A stretch of 46,093 nt of DNA from Octopus bimaculoides. Lineage: Eukaryota. A program made the translations under genes and the position numbers. The notes beneath the pieces were generated by a model that had not been told where the DNA came from, did not search any database, and saw nothing but the letters and a program-made list of their open reading frames with translations. Positions 1 through 11,875 of the stretch are shown here, piece by piece (the stretch's first letter is position 1; each line of letters opens with the position of its first letter). The DNA is taken from assembly GCF_001194135.2 (NCBI RefSeq), contig NC_068993.1, positions 2,845,903 through 2,891,995 on the forward strand, written 5' to 3'.

Positions 1-33
<33 letters not shown>

Positions 34-789
34 TTACATGTTTATGTTTTTGTCGGGAACATTATAAATCCTAAATTTGTACTATTTGGTGCTCATTTTA
101 TCTTCTAAATTTTGAGTGCCTTTAGCAAGCTTATTCTGTTACCAACACTTAAATTTCTCGTAACACTGAAATATACTCCAGTCTCCAAGAAATATCTGCA
201 AACATCATCGCCATTTTACTTACAGGCTACATTAATAAATAACAATAAATATATTCTTTATTTAGAAGTCTGTTGTTCCATGAAAACCAAGGAAATTTCT
301 AAACACTGATCAACACAAACCAACAAAACTAAAATGGCTAACCCAATGAAGCCAGAGATTAATAAAAGCCATTTTGAAATTAAACTTTTTTCTTAAGTTC
401 CAAGAATTCTATTGGCTGAAATGATAGACTGCTTCTTTCTGGTTTGCAAGAATTTTCAAAATATTTCATAATTCTTTTAAGCTATTTGATACCAAACCAC
501 CTGAGACCATTCTTAATTATTTGATACAAACTTCCTGTTTAAAATGATATGAATTAAAACTTTCCATTGAAATTTCATGTTAATTTATGTTTCAAAAACC
601 ATTTTAATAATGGCAATGTTATTTTATTAAATTGTTTCTTATTTTCAAATTTAATTGAAACAGAGTCAGTATATTTTAGCAGAAATATCTAACAAAAGAT
701 TTAAAACATTGATATTACATCACAGACAGATATATGCACACACATAAATGCACACACAAAATCTCTGTACATATACACAAATCCATATC

Positions 790-834
790 TTTTACTTGTT
801 TCAATCACTAGACTGCAGCAATGCTGGGGCGCCA
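790..834 (-). mobile_element. SINE family A 3' end fragment
   Basis: tttacttgtttcaatcactagactgcagcaatgctgggg is the reverse complement of the family A 3' end seen at 38880-38919 and 45061-45110. Confidence 0.6.
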
Positions 835-1149
835 CTTACCATTTGCCATTTTAGCCCCTATAAACTGCCAACTGAACTGGTTTAAGGGAAATGACCAGTC
901 CTCACCGACATGAACTGTTTGTTCTTTATTTATTAACTGACCATAATAGAATTCTACTTCCACAGTTTAAAGAAGTATATGGCCTTTATCATTAGAGTCT
1001 GCCAAGCTGTCCATAAAGCACCTAGCTTTATGAATGGTGCTTTGCGGATGTAACTGGACATATGCTTAACTACATATGAATATATGTATGTATGTATGTA
1101 TAGGAACATTTGTATATGCTTTGCTGGATGCGTTGTTGTTTGCTTGGTA

Positions 1150-1372
1150 TGGAGAGATAATATTTATATTTTCTGGTTATGTCGTTCTGATGATTGGAGA
1201 GCATATTATAAATGCTGGCCATGAAATCATTGATATACGACTAAACCTTTTTACTAAAGGAACTTCTTCTATGTTCATTCCCATGATTTTGGTGTATATG
1301 TATTGAAGTAGTTTGACTTTAGAGTCCCATTGCAGTGTGAGGCATTACTTATAGTAATAGCCTTTGATATAA
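1150..1372 (-). pseudogene. Highly degraded Penelope-like RT relic
   Basis: Minus-strand translation with one frameshift and stops gives KGYYYK*CL-TAMG, then 29 codons later SYINDF. This matches the order and spacing of the PLE RT motifs G..Y.Q..G.AMG and RY(I/V)DD(I)F. Confidence 0.4.
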
Positions 1373-1380
1373 TAATTATG

Positions 1381-1381
<1 letters not shown>

Positions 1382-1438
<57 letters not shown>

Positions 1439-1481
1439 TTTATCTGTCAGCATAACTTATCCCTTTTATACCCCCTCTCTT

Positions 1482-1537
<56 letters not shown>
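1382..1537. repeat. (TA)n tract followed by a (CT)9(AT)9(AG)n compound microsatellite
   Basis: Read directly from the sequence. Confidence 0.95.
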
Positions 1538-1539
<2 letters not shown>

Positions 1540-1943
1540 CATGCACAAGCACGCACACACATACACACACACATGTCCACTGTAAGCATACACACAATTA
1601 TGTACACCCACTCCTACATATACACCCACGAATGTGTCTGCTGTAATTGCACACACCTCCATCAGACAATATCATTGTGTACACAGGAATCGGTAAAATG
1701 AAGAGGAAAAAAATGAATTTTTCATAGATTTTGCTTCAGTTTAATAAATTCCATGTCATGGAAAATGGTGCAGGTTTTGAAATGTTAACATTTCAATTTA
1801 GTCTATTATTAATTCTTGGAAACCACTGTGGTGCCATTAGGAGTTGGAGGAAGAATCACACCACCAGCACCGAACATTTCAAAGAGCAGAACAACAAAAC
1901 ACAGGAACGGCAGCAAAATGGAGAGACTATAACATTAGAAGTA

Positions 1944-2040
1944 ACAACTACAACAGTAGCCACAGCAACAACAACAACAACAACAACAACAGCTGCAACA
2001 ACAACAGCTGCAGCAACAACATGAAATACACCAACAACAA
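1944..2040 (+). repeat. (CAA)/(CAG) trinucleotide microsatellite
   Basis: Read directly; explains the poly-T and poly-N ORFs at 1731-2083. Confidence 0.9.
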
Positions 2041-3265
2041 AATAGCAATCACAAGACCAGAAATTAGCCTTAGGAAATTATAATCACCTGATCAGCCCGT
2101 GAATATTACTGGTACTTGTTTTTATCAGACATAAAGGATTCAGAAATAATATGACATTCTTTGTGATTTGAATTCTTAACCCAGAGGTATCTATCTAAAA
2201 CCTTTAATGTTTTTAATAAAAAACGTAACCCTAAACCTAACCCATAATATTTTTAATAAAACACCATTTCTGCTGCTTCTCTCTCCTAATTCTTCAGAAT
2301 GTAGAACAAACAATATTGGAAATGGTTTGTTAAGACTGAGATGGAGATCCTTTTGTGTGGAAAGAATATTGGTTAATGAGAGGATGTTTGTGGGAGAAAC
2401 TATTTGCTTCTTCTAAAAGAGAAATTTCTTCAGTGTCATCTTATAAAGGTCCTTATGAAGTTCTTCCACTTCCAGGTGTATAGATATCTCTACTTGTTTT
2501 AGAATTTCGTTTGTAATATTGAACAAGAAGCAGGTGCTCTGAAGAATTTCGGAATTTAGAACAATGTAAGGAATCAACTAACTTAACAGACTCTTCTGTT
2601 CACACTGTCCGGCAAATGTGAGTCACATCGTTGTAATCAGGCAGAGTGAATGGGGAAATAAAATGATGAGGTGGAATGGTAGAATGGTAAGGTAAGAAGA
2701 AGAAATCACTTGAATGGATATAAGAGAGAGAGAGAGGTGGTATGTTTGCAGGAAATATTACCAAAATGATCGCCAAAATGATGGAATATCACTTTCATCT
2801 GTTCATTGGTTTTTATTTATATATATATATATATCTGCTTTTGCATGCTGGCATGGGTTACTCGAATAGGATATTGAGGTACTGTTGTCCTGTTTGATGC
2901 CTTTCTTGATGGTAACCTTTGGATGTTTTTCAGGTAGGGGATTTCTTCAAAGACATAAAGTGAGTGGATGGCATATTGACAGAAGTGGCAACAGCAACAC
3001 TGCTCAATCATTGTGACTTTGTGTAAGGGAGCAAAAATGTAAACACACACACACACACACAAACACATATATAGATGTATATTATTATTAATAAAACAAT
3101 ATTACCAATTGGTTTCCTACTGAGTGTTGAGAAAACTCCACCAATCATCAGAAAAGGTCAAAAAGAATGGCATGGGATATTTGCCATACACACATGTATG
3201 TGTGTGTTTGTGTGCATATGTGTGTTTGTGGGTGGGCTCTTCTTATTTTTCATCAACTAAATATA

Positions 3266-3389
3266 TTCACAAGTTTTGGTTAGCCAAGGTTTTATAGTAG
3301 AAAACATTTGCTCAAAGTGCTGTGCAGAGATATTGAACCTAAAACCACATAGTTAAAAAACAAACCTCTTAGCCACACAACCAAGCCTG
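3266..3389 (-). mobile_element. SINE family A 5' fragment (degraded)
   Basis: Reverse complement resembles the family A head (ggttgtgtggctaagaggtttg...ggttcaatatc) and the following ctactataaaaccttggctaaccaaaac segment. Confidence 0.55.
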
Positions 3390-4214
3390 AACCTGTAAAA
3401 GTTTACTTCTTTAGACTGATTTCCATAAGAGAGTGAAGAATATATTATCTGGAGTGTCTGACCACCTCTACTGAATATGATAAGCAAGCTTTGTTGCTTG
3501 GGATTTTCAACTTTTCTCAATACACAGTATATAATGAGATACCAAATGCTACAGCATCAGAATTTTAAATATTTTATTGTATGAAAAAAAAATTCCATTT
3601 TAAACGCAAGAATGGTACAAACAATGCCCTTTGCAGTAAAGGATTGTACATGCAATGTCATGGAGCATTGAAACAAGGGAATATCCTAAATAGCCCAACA
3701 TATTCTGAGTAAACTCAAAAATCCACTGTACCCTCGTGGATCATATGTAGCATATAAATGTACCGTGATGCAAAGGGTAGACACATCTGTTTGATGTGGT
3801 GTCTCAAGTTGATGGAAATAGCTTCTGGGGTTCTTAGAAATCCCAATCTACAATCTTAAAAATAAAACACATTATTGAATAAGGAATTCTTGGATATATC
3901 ACATGTGGAAAAGTAAAGAACAACAACAGAAAATGCTAAAGTGGTTAAGGCCATTATTCTTGATTATAGATCTGCATGGCGGCTGCTTTTTTTGCCCTTT
4001 CAGTGTAAAATTAAAAGCTATGCACTCTCTCTCTCTCCCCCAATCACCCTTAGATCTTGTTTTAGAGCAAATGGAGATGGCATGAAGCAGCGAGGAGTTA
4101 TTGTATTGCAGGGCACTGCACAGAGAAAATAATAATGCATTTCAAGAATGCAATCCAAAATCTCGACCTCAAACAGCAATTAAGTTAAACAATCCTCATC
4201 AATCAGCTTCAGTC

Positions 4215-4345
4215 TTTGTTCTCCTCCTCCTCGTTGTTGGTGGCAGCAGCGTCATCATCATCATCATCATCATCATTGTCATCGTCGTCGCCGTCGTTGT
4301 CATCATCATCTTCATCATCATCATCATTTAACATCATTATTTTCA

Positions 4346-4417
<72 letters not shown>
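4215..4417. repeat. (CAT/CGT)n plus (CA)n microsatellites
   Basis: Read directly from the sequence. Confidence 0.95.
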
Positions 4418-4420
<3 letters not shown>

Positions 4421-4559
4421 ACAATATATATGAGACAGTTTGTAATGAGGAAGATAAAAGCAGAGACAATAATGGAGTCAAGAAAACCTTTTGATTTTGG
4501 TGAGAAGAAAACTTCTCTCAGACTGGCACCATGGGGAAAAGCATCCAAAACAATCTGTA

Positions 4560-4680
4560 GATTGTTGTTAGGAAGAGCATCGAATGATGGCCACATGAGA
4601 TGTGCTCCTCCAAACTGTAGGAGGGTATCAATCCTGTCCAACCCATGCCAGCATGGAAAGTAGACAAGAAATGATGATTA
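4560..4680 (+). mobile_element. SINE-like family B 3' part
   Basis: Contains gttaggaagagcatc and tgtccaacccatgccagcatggaaag...aaatgatgat, shared with the copies at 6742, 28083, 32664 and 34536. Confidence 0.65.
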
Positions 4681-5440
4681 AAAGAGTAACACAACTGCCG
4701 CTGATGATGATGATGGTGAGAAGAAGGAAGATGATAAGGACGTTGAAAATGACAATGATGATGACGATGATGAGAACGGTGATAATGTTGGTTTATGATG
4801 ATAGCTATGATGATGATGATGTTAGTGATGATGAGGATGATGACAATGACGACGATGATGATGACAGCAACAACAATGGCAACGATGATAACAATGATGA
4901 CCACGACAACGATGACAATGACGATGGTGATGATAATGATGATGATGTCCATGATGACAAAGATGACGTTAACAACAATGACGACGATAACAATGATGAT
5001 GGTTATGATAATGATGAGGAGGAGGATAATGGTTATGCTGGCATCAAAGATGACGATGATGATGATGATGATGATGCCAGTGGTACCTGCATGAACAAAA
5101 GGTATAATTAGCAGAAAATGAGTGCAGGGAGAAAAACAAAAATAAGTCATCTTGTGTGAAAATGCTTTTGTTAGATATGGGAATAGTGAAGCTCCAGATG
5201 ACAATTTTATAGAATTTAGAAGAACAGAGAATTGATGATGGATTCCAGATGTGTCCAAGACAACTAGTTCGGTAAAAATGTTAATTAAAATGACAAACAA
5301 TAATAATGATGTTTGCAATGGCCATGAACATGATGATGATGGTTGTGGTGGTGGTGGTGACGATGATGAAGAAGAGGAGGGGGAAGGAGAAGAGGAGGAA
5401 GAAGAAGAAGAAGAAGAAGAAGAAGAGGAGGAGGAGGGGT
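4672..5440 (+). repeat. Long degenerate GAT/GAC/AAC/GGT/GAA trinucleotide field
   Basis: Read directly; starts at the family B tail; accounts for the Asp-, Met-, Glu- and Ile-rich ORFs at 4518-5480. Confidence 0.9.
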
Positions 5441-5610
5441 GGGGATAAAGGAGGATTGGTTTGAGTGAACTGCAGTTCAAGGTCGAGATTTAGATTGCAA
5501 TTCTTAAAATATATTATTTTCCCATCCAATATCCTTTTATTATAAGTGCAGGAATTACTAACAGACAAATCAGAATATCAAGATTTTTAGAAGCAGAATG
5601 TATGCATACA

Positions 5611-6019
5611 NNNNNNNNNNNNNNNNNNNNNNNNNNNNNNNNNNNNNNNNNNNNNNNNNNNNNNNNNNNNNNNNNNNNNNNNNNNNNNNNNNNNNNNNNN
5701 NNNNNNNNNNNNNNNNNNNNNNNNNNNNNNNNNNNNNNNNNNNNNNNNNNNNNNNNNNNNNNNNNNNNNNNNNNNNNNNNNNNNNNNNNNNNNNNNNNNN
5801 NNNNNNNNNNNNNNNNNNNNNNNNNNNNNNNNNNNNNNNNNNNNNNNNNNNNNNNNNNNNNNNNNNNNNNNNNNNNNNNNNNNNNNNNNNNNNNNNNNNN
5901 NNNNNNNNNNNNNNNNNNNNNNNNNNNNNNNNNNNNNNNNNNNNNNNNNNNNNNNNNNNNNNNNNNNNNNNNNNNNNNNNNNNNNNNNNNNNNNNNNNNN
6001 NNNNNNNNNNNNNNNNNNN
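5611..6019. other. Assembly gap
   Basis: N run. Confidence 1.
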
Positions 6020-6741
6020 GAGAGAGAGAGAGAGAGAGAGAGTATGAGTGAATGTGCATGTGTGTATGTGTGTGTGTGTGTGTGAAGAATTTGGTAAAAA
6101 TGATAACCGACAAAGTCAACCTGACAGAATACATCTGGTTACACAGCCATAAATTTTATGTATTTAAAAAGAATAAACAAAAAATTAAAACAAAACAGTA
6201 AAAATGAATAAATAAATAAAAAAGAACTCTATCTCCCCTTACCCACACCCTAACCCCCACCCTCACCCACCCACTCAACATAAAAACTAATATATAATCA
6301 ATAATAAATAGAAAACAGATGTCAATTTAGTCAATAAAATTTATCTCGGGCTAGAGGGAAATTTACATAATTTACTTTGACAATGCTGTGTAATAGATAT
6401 AGAAGCGAATTTTGTGAATAGGAAGTATTTGAAATCACCACTTTAAGGGCTTAATAAGTTGATGTATCACTGTTTTGCAGGAACAGAGGGGAAGAAATGC
6501 TGTTGCAAAAAAGCAACAATTCAGTGTGCTTTTAATTTGTTACTGTCAAGTGATTGGTTATTTAACAACTGTGATTAACTAGGGTAAGGGTCAGATCAAT
6601 AATTTGTGAAGAGAATTATAAGCATTCATCATATATTGAATATAGGAAAGACTCTAATAATATCAGGGCATAGAAACTCCCATAATAGAAAAAAAAAACA
6701 TGAGCAAGAATTTGGTATTGGAAGAAATGATTTAATTCCTG

Positions 6742-6922
6742 GTGCCATGTAAAAAGCACTCAGAACACTCTATGAAGTGGTTGGTGTTAGGGAGTTGTAG
6801 AAACCATGTAAAACAAACTGGAGCCTGATGCAGCCCTCTGGCTTACCAACTCTTGTCGAACTGTCCAACCCATGCCAGCATGGACAATAGATGTTAAATG
6901 ATGATGTTGATGGTGGTGGTGG

Positions 6923-6968
<46 letters not shown>

Positions 6969-6995
6969 AATAATGATTATGATGATAATGATGAT
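6742..6995 (+). mobile_element. SINE-like family B 3' half with expanded (GAT)n tail
   Basis: gtgccatgtaaaaagcac...tagaaaccatg...tgtccaacccatgccagcatgg...gttaaatgatgat, then a (GAT)n array. Confidence 0.75.
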
Positions 6996-7194
6996 TTTTC
7001 AGCTCTGGCTTTTTCTGTGCTGATTATAGACCTGGTTATCTATTCTGGTCAAATATTGCTTGAAAAGTTTGGTCAGGCACTCAAGCAATTAGTTCTAGCC
7101 ATTGGAGTCTTGATGGAATTTGTGATCTTTTGATCAAGAGTCAGAAGAGTTACCACAAAGCATCTCATATGGCACTCTAACAATTCTGCCGATG

Positions 7195-7345
7195 CATCAT
7201 CTGGAATTGGTATTATATTTATGAATTTCAAAGAAAATAGAAGGCAAATTTGACCTCGGTGGGATTTGAACTCAGAGTGCTCTGAGTCATAACAGATACT
7301 ATTAGACATTCAATCCAACACATGAACAACACTGCAAATTCCCTG
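7195..7345 (-). mobile_element. SINE family C fragment
   Basis: aaggcaaatttgacctcggtgggatttgaactcaga is the reverse complement of the B-box region (gagttcaaatccc) shared with 15900, 18770 and 30652. Confidence 0.6.
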
Positions 7346-7907
7346 AACTCCAGACTAAATATTTGTATGGCATTTGAAGTTCATCTCTCTTTGACACAGT
7401 TCAAAGTCAGTTGAGTTTATCTTAGCTTTTGAAATCCCTCCATGGTCAAAAGACTAAGCCCTAAGAATATTCTTGGATCAAAGCATTTCAACCATAAGCT
7501 AAAACCAAGAATTCAAAGAAAATAGCATTTGTCTGTGTTTGTAACAATTATTTCATAGAAGAATTTATAAAGATTCCTGCTGACATTACAGAAGGGTTTC
7601 CAACATTGCAACAGATTAAGAAAGAGGGCTTGAAAAACTTTTGCATATCTCCTGCAGATTCTGTACGGGTCAAAGCATCTCTGATGTTTATTTCACAATC
7701 AAAGATTTACAGAAAATATTGCAATTTTCTCTTCTTGCAAATAAATAAATAAATGTTTTCCTCTTTTTCCCTCTCACCTTTCCCGTTGTAGAATCACTCT
7801 ATAAATCATCAAACTTGCAAGCTTCCGTTCCCGCCCTCTCTCCCTCTCCCCTCTCTCCCTCTCCCCTCTCTCTATTTCTTCCTTAAAGTGCAAAACTAAA
7901 ATCCATT

Positions 7908-8056
7908 TCTAATTTTAAGAGATGAGGAATTATGTACATTATTTGATGGATATTTGTCCTCATCTTGTTTGTTGTTAACACAACGTTTCGGCTGATATAC
8001 CCTCCAGCCTTCATCAGGTGTCTTGGGGAAATTTCAGACCTGGGTTCTCTCAATCC
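7908..8056 (-). mobile_element. Non-autonomous PLE-type repeat (family E) carrying a hammerhead motif
   Basis: Aligns by eye to 18963-19080 (+) and 29767-29806 (+); contains the hammerhead at 7977-8022. Confidence 0.65.
7977..8022 (-). ncRNA. Minimal type I hammerhead ribozyme motif (intact core)
   Basis: Minus strand: GACAC-CTGATGA-A-GGCTG(gagggtatat)CAGCC-GAA-ACGT-T-GTGTT. Stem I has 5 bp with one G-U, stem II has 5 bp, the helix III segment is the palindrome ACGT, and the predicted cleavage triplet is GUU. Confidence 0.75.
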
Positions 8057-8100
8057 ATGCTAGTGACAAATATGGACATTAAATGATGATGATGATGAAG
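8054..8100 (+). mobile_element. Family B 3' tail fragment
   Basis: ccatgctag...ggacattaaatgatgatgatgatg. Confidence 0.5.
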
Positions 8101-8152
8101 AGGAGGATGAGGATAATAATTATTATTGTTGTTATTATTATATACATAGATA

Positions 8153-8530
8153 CAGGTATGGCTGTGTGATAAGGAAGCATATGCCACATGGGTTGGGAAG
8201 CAAACTATGGGTCTAGTTTCTCTGTGTGGCACCTTGGTTGCCCCAAGCCAACGAATGCTTTGTGAATGGATTTGGTAGATGGAAACTGAATGAAGCCTGT
8301 CATATATATGTGTGCGTGTATGTGCCTGAGTGTCTGTGTTTGTCCTTGTCCCCCTGCCACTGCCTGGTGTTGGTTTGTTTATGCTCCCATAACTTAACGG
8401 CTCAACAAAAGTGACTGATAAAAGACGTACTAAACCAGAAAATGATAAGCACTGAAGTCGGTTTGTTTGATTAAACCGTTGATGACAGTGCTCCAGCTTG
8501 ACCACACACCAGTGACCGAAATAAGTGAAA
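8153..8530 (+). mobile_element. SINE family A, near full length, degraded
   Basis: Head tggctgtgtgataag, ggatttggtagatggaaactgaa, internal (TG)n, cataacttaacggctcaacaaaag and gtgctccagc 3' block. Confidence 0.75.
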
Positions 8531-8755
8531 AACTAGAAAAGCTACAAACGTACAGACACACAAAGGCAATACCTATATACACGTGCATATACATGCCTAT
8601 GTCTACCTGCATACATACGTATCTGCAAAGATGTACAATGTTACACATGTTAACACACACAACTGTCTCTCTCCGTCGCTCCCCCACCTCTACCTTTCAC
8701 TTTCTCATTCACTTTACACACACAGAACACATACCTATGTATATATATTCTGATG

Positions 8756-8792
<37 letters not shown>

Positions 8793-9139
8793 GTGAGTGT
8801 GTGTGTGTGTGTGTCTGCTTCAGTAAGTAACCTGCAAGATGATAAGATAAAGAAATTCTCCTTGCATGCTGAAACCAATAAAGAGATTAACAATAAGACT
8901 GTGTATACAATGTGTGTAGAATTAATGTCCATTTTGCGGTGATTTATATCTCTAGGGTGCTCTATACGGTGTGTATATATAGCTGTGTGTGTGTGTGTCT
9001 ATAAAGCATTCTTCTACATACATTACACCATTAGATAGTCTTATTCTATTCTCAGGCTTTGCTGTTTGTATTGTTGTGGGTTGGTTATGGGACAATATTT
9101 ACCTCACTAATTAACAGCTTCAACAATAACGAACAATAC

Positions 9140-9450
9140 ATATTTCATACATATGTGTGTGTGTGTGTATATATTTATCTACATACACATATATGTATAT
9201 TACATATATCTGCATGCATACATATATATATACATACATATATACACACACATACATACATACATACATACATGCATACATGTATATTTTATATGCAAAT
9301 TCTTACATATATATACACGCACACACATACCTACATACATGCACTTTACATATAGAGTAAGAGTGAGAGAAAGTGGAAATCATATAGTCAAACTTACACA
9401 CACACACACACACACACACATACACACACACGTACACACACACATTCTTA
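9140..9450. repeat. Compound TG/TA/TACA/CA microsatellite
   Basis: Read directly from the sequence. Confidence 0.9.
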
Positions 9451-9816
9451 TACACACATTGTCTGCTAGTTCCTGAATACCGGTATTGATTATACACTCA
9501 TAAATTCTAGTAAATTCACTGAATTATTTGGTTGGCGGAGTAGGTGATAGTTTTAGCATTGGAGAGAGAGAGACACCTTCTTTCTACAATGGTCCATTGT
9601 GAAGATATATTTCCATAGTTTAATGTTTTCTCCAGGTTCCATCATAAAGACTCCAGCCACAAATTTTATGAAACAAAGTAGCTTGGCCATCACTTGCGAG
9701 AGAGTGATGGCCATTGTAGCTTGTACTGTGTGTTTGCTAATTGTTTTGGATGCCTATGGTCTTGAGAGAGCAATGTAAATGCCATCCTGGTCCTTTCACC
9801 CAGTTGACCCTTGAGT

Positions 9817-10205
9817 TGTTGTTGTGGGCACTCCATCGCTTAAGACGTCGAGGGTTCCAGTTGATCTGATGACCGGAACAGCCTGCTCGTGAAATTAACG
9901 TGCAAGTGGCTGAGCACTCCACAGACACGTGTACCTTTAACGTAGTTCTCGGGGATATTCAGCGTGACACAGAGTGTGACAAGGCTGACCCTTTGAATTA
10001 CAGGCACAACAGAAACAGGAAGTAAGAGTGAGAGAAAGTTGTGGTGAAAGAGTACAGCAGGGTTCGCCATCATCCCCTGCCGGAGCCTCGTGGAGCTCTA
10101 GGTGTTTTCGCTCAATAAACACTCACAACGCCCGGTCTAGGAATCGAAACCGTGATCCTATGACCGTGAGTCCGCTGTTCTAACCACTGGGCCATTGCGC
10201 CTCCA
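9817..10205 (-). mobile_element. Full-length young tRNA-derived SINE (family D) with (CAA)n tail and target-site duplication
   Basis: Minus strand begins ggaggcgcaa-TGGCCCAGTGG (A box, 10194-10184) and GGTTTCGATTCC (B box, 10151-10140) and ends acaacaacaac. Flanks tgacccttgagt (9805-9816) and tgaaccttgagt (10206-10217) match at 11 of 12 positions. Confidence 0.85.
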
Positions 10206-10270
10206 TGAACCTTGAGTATGTGTCAGCTAAAGGGAGAGAGAGGGGGTAGGGAGACAGAGAGAGAGAGAGA

Positions 10271-10392
10271 NNNNNNNNNNNNNNNNNNNNNNNNNNNNNN
10301 NNNNNNNNNNNNNNNNNNNNNNNNNNNNNNNNNNNNNNNNNNNNNNNNNNNNNNNNNNNNNNNNNNNNNNNNNNNNNNNNNNNNNNNNNNNN
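10271..10392. other. Assembly gap inside a (GA)n tract
   Basis: N run flanked by GA repeats. Confidence 1.
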
Positions 10393-10663
10393 AGGAGAGA
10401 GAGAGAGAGAGGGAAGGAGAGAGAGAGAGAGAGGGAAGGAGAGAGAGAGAGAGAGAGAGAGAGGTAGGGGTCTGCACTAGAACTAGGCTGTACTCATTTC
10501 GGCTGAGTAGACTGGGCAGGTGGAAATGTAGAACCCTCACCAGCAACAGCTACCCATGGGTTGGAGGATTGTCACCTAAGTGGGGAGGGGAGAAGAAGTG
10601 TTGTTTGTCAGGAGGAGGGAATCCCAAATAAATGGCTTATATAGCAATGCACAGTTACAACCA

Positions 10664-10735
10664 TACTACTACTACTACTACTGCTACTGCTGCTGCTGCT
10701 ATTACTACTGCTGCAACTACTACTACTACTACTAC
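10664..10735 (+). repeat. (CTA)/(CTG) trinucleotide microsatellite
   Basis: Read directly from the sequence. Confidence 0.9.
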
Positions 10736-11636
10736 CTCCGTATCCTGAGTTGCAATACAACAGGAAATAACATTGCCCTTCATTTTCCCCATGTGGTCAC
10801 TCAAAATAAGCGGCGATCTTACCATCTGTTACTTATTATTCTTAGAGTAATCTATGACCTTCTACCAACCCAATTAATCAATACCATTTATATATATATT
10901 CCTCACTAGACTTTTGTCTGAGAATTTACAGATATGATTCTCTTCATCTTTCATCCAGACTTCATTTAACTTCTTCAATTTCAGGCTTCTTTGAATTTCC
11001 TTTATTTAGTCTACCATTAAATATCAACTTCAAAATCAAAAGAATTTCAAAAACTAGATTCTGTTATTGAAGGTAGAACCGTTTTTAATTTTTGGTTTTT
11101 GGTTTTTCTTATCAGAAATAACTAGCATCATGTGTATCTCTGAACACAGCAGGATGTTGCCATCTAACAGCATCATTCCAGCCAAGGTTATATCAAACAA
11201 TCTTTCTTCCCTGTAAATGTAAGATGTTTTCCAACTATCAACAGTCTTGTTAATTCTAAATTAAGAAGCCTAATCTTGACATTTTATCAAAGATGTTGAA
11301 AAATAATTAAGAATTTACAACTTTTAAACCCTATAAATAATAAAAATCTCTTCAACTACTATATATAATCTTGTAAGGTAGAAATTATCAATTATTCTTT
11401 CCACTATTTCAGCCCCAGTTACTATTTTGGTTCTGTATATATTTAAGATTTGTGTTGCTTTCGTTGCTGCTCTCTGGAGGAATTTTACCAATTTATTTTA
11501 ATTAAATACAAAATCTTTTCTCTCTTACCATTCTTCTTGTCACCAAAACTTAATTCCAAAATAAAGAAGAAAAATATAATAATCGAACTCTTTTCATTAA
11601 TATGAGATAATGTGTGTACTAATACTACTTCACATC

Positions 11637-11649
11637 GATCTATCTATCC

Positions 11650-11708
<59 letters not shown>

Positions 11709-11754
11709 NNNNNNNNNNNNNNNNNNNNNNNNNNNNNNNNNNNNNNNNNNNNNN
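11637..11754. repeat. (TCTA)n array running into an assembly gap (N at 11709-11754)
   Basis: Read directly from the sequence. Confidence 0.95.
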
Positions 11755-11837
11755 AAAAAAAAAAAAAACAAAAGACGAAGACAGGTGGTGTAGAAAACAA
11801 ACAGATGTATTAGTATAACACTTGGGAATTGAAAAAG

Positions 11838-11875
11838 TCTTTAACGTTTCGAGCCTACACTCTTCCACAGAAAGA
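11838..11875 (-). ncRNA. Hammerhead-like motif with non-canonical core (CUGUGGA)
   Basis: Minus strand: TCTTT-CTGTGGA-A-GAGT(gtag)GCTC-GAA-ACGT-T-AAAGA. Stems I and II pair; core position A6 is T. Confidence 0.55.

Noticed and set aside
2222-2244. taaccctaaacctaaccc telomere-like or Helitron-like motif
   Set aside because: Only about three imperfect units, with no other element hallmarks.
4518-5480. 320-aa and 169-aa Ser-, Ile- or Asp-rich ORFs
   Set aside because: All six frames are low-complexity translations of GAT/GAC/GAA tracts extending from a SINE tail; no splice or start context.
10140-10204. tRNA gene
   Set aside because: The A and B boxes are SINE heads continuing into a SINE body and tail; no complete cloverleaf with an acceptor stem.
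10900-11560. Possible L1/Tx1-like C-terminus on the minus strand (KKLNEVWMKDEENHICKF; VTGAEI)
   Set aside because: Many stops, no zinc knuckle, and the motifs are too close together for a real ORF2; not supportable without a profile search.
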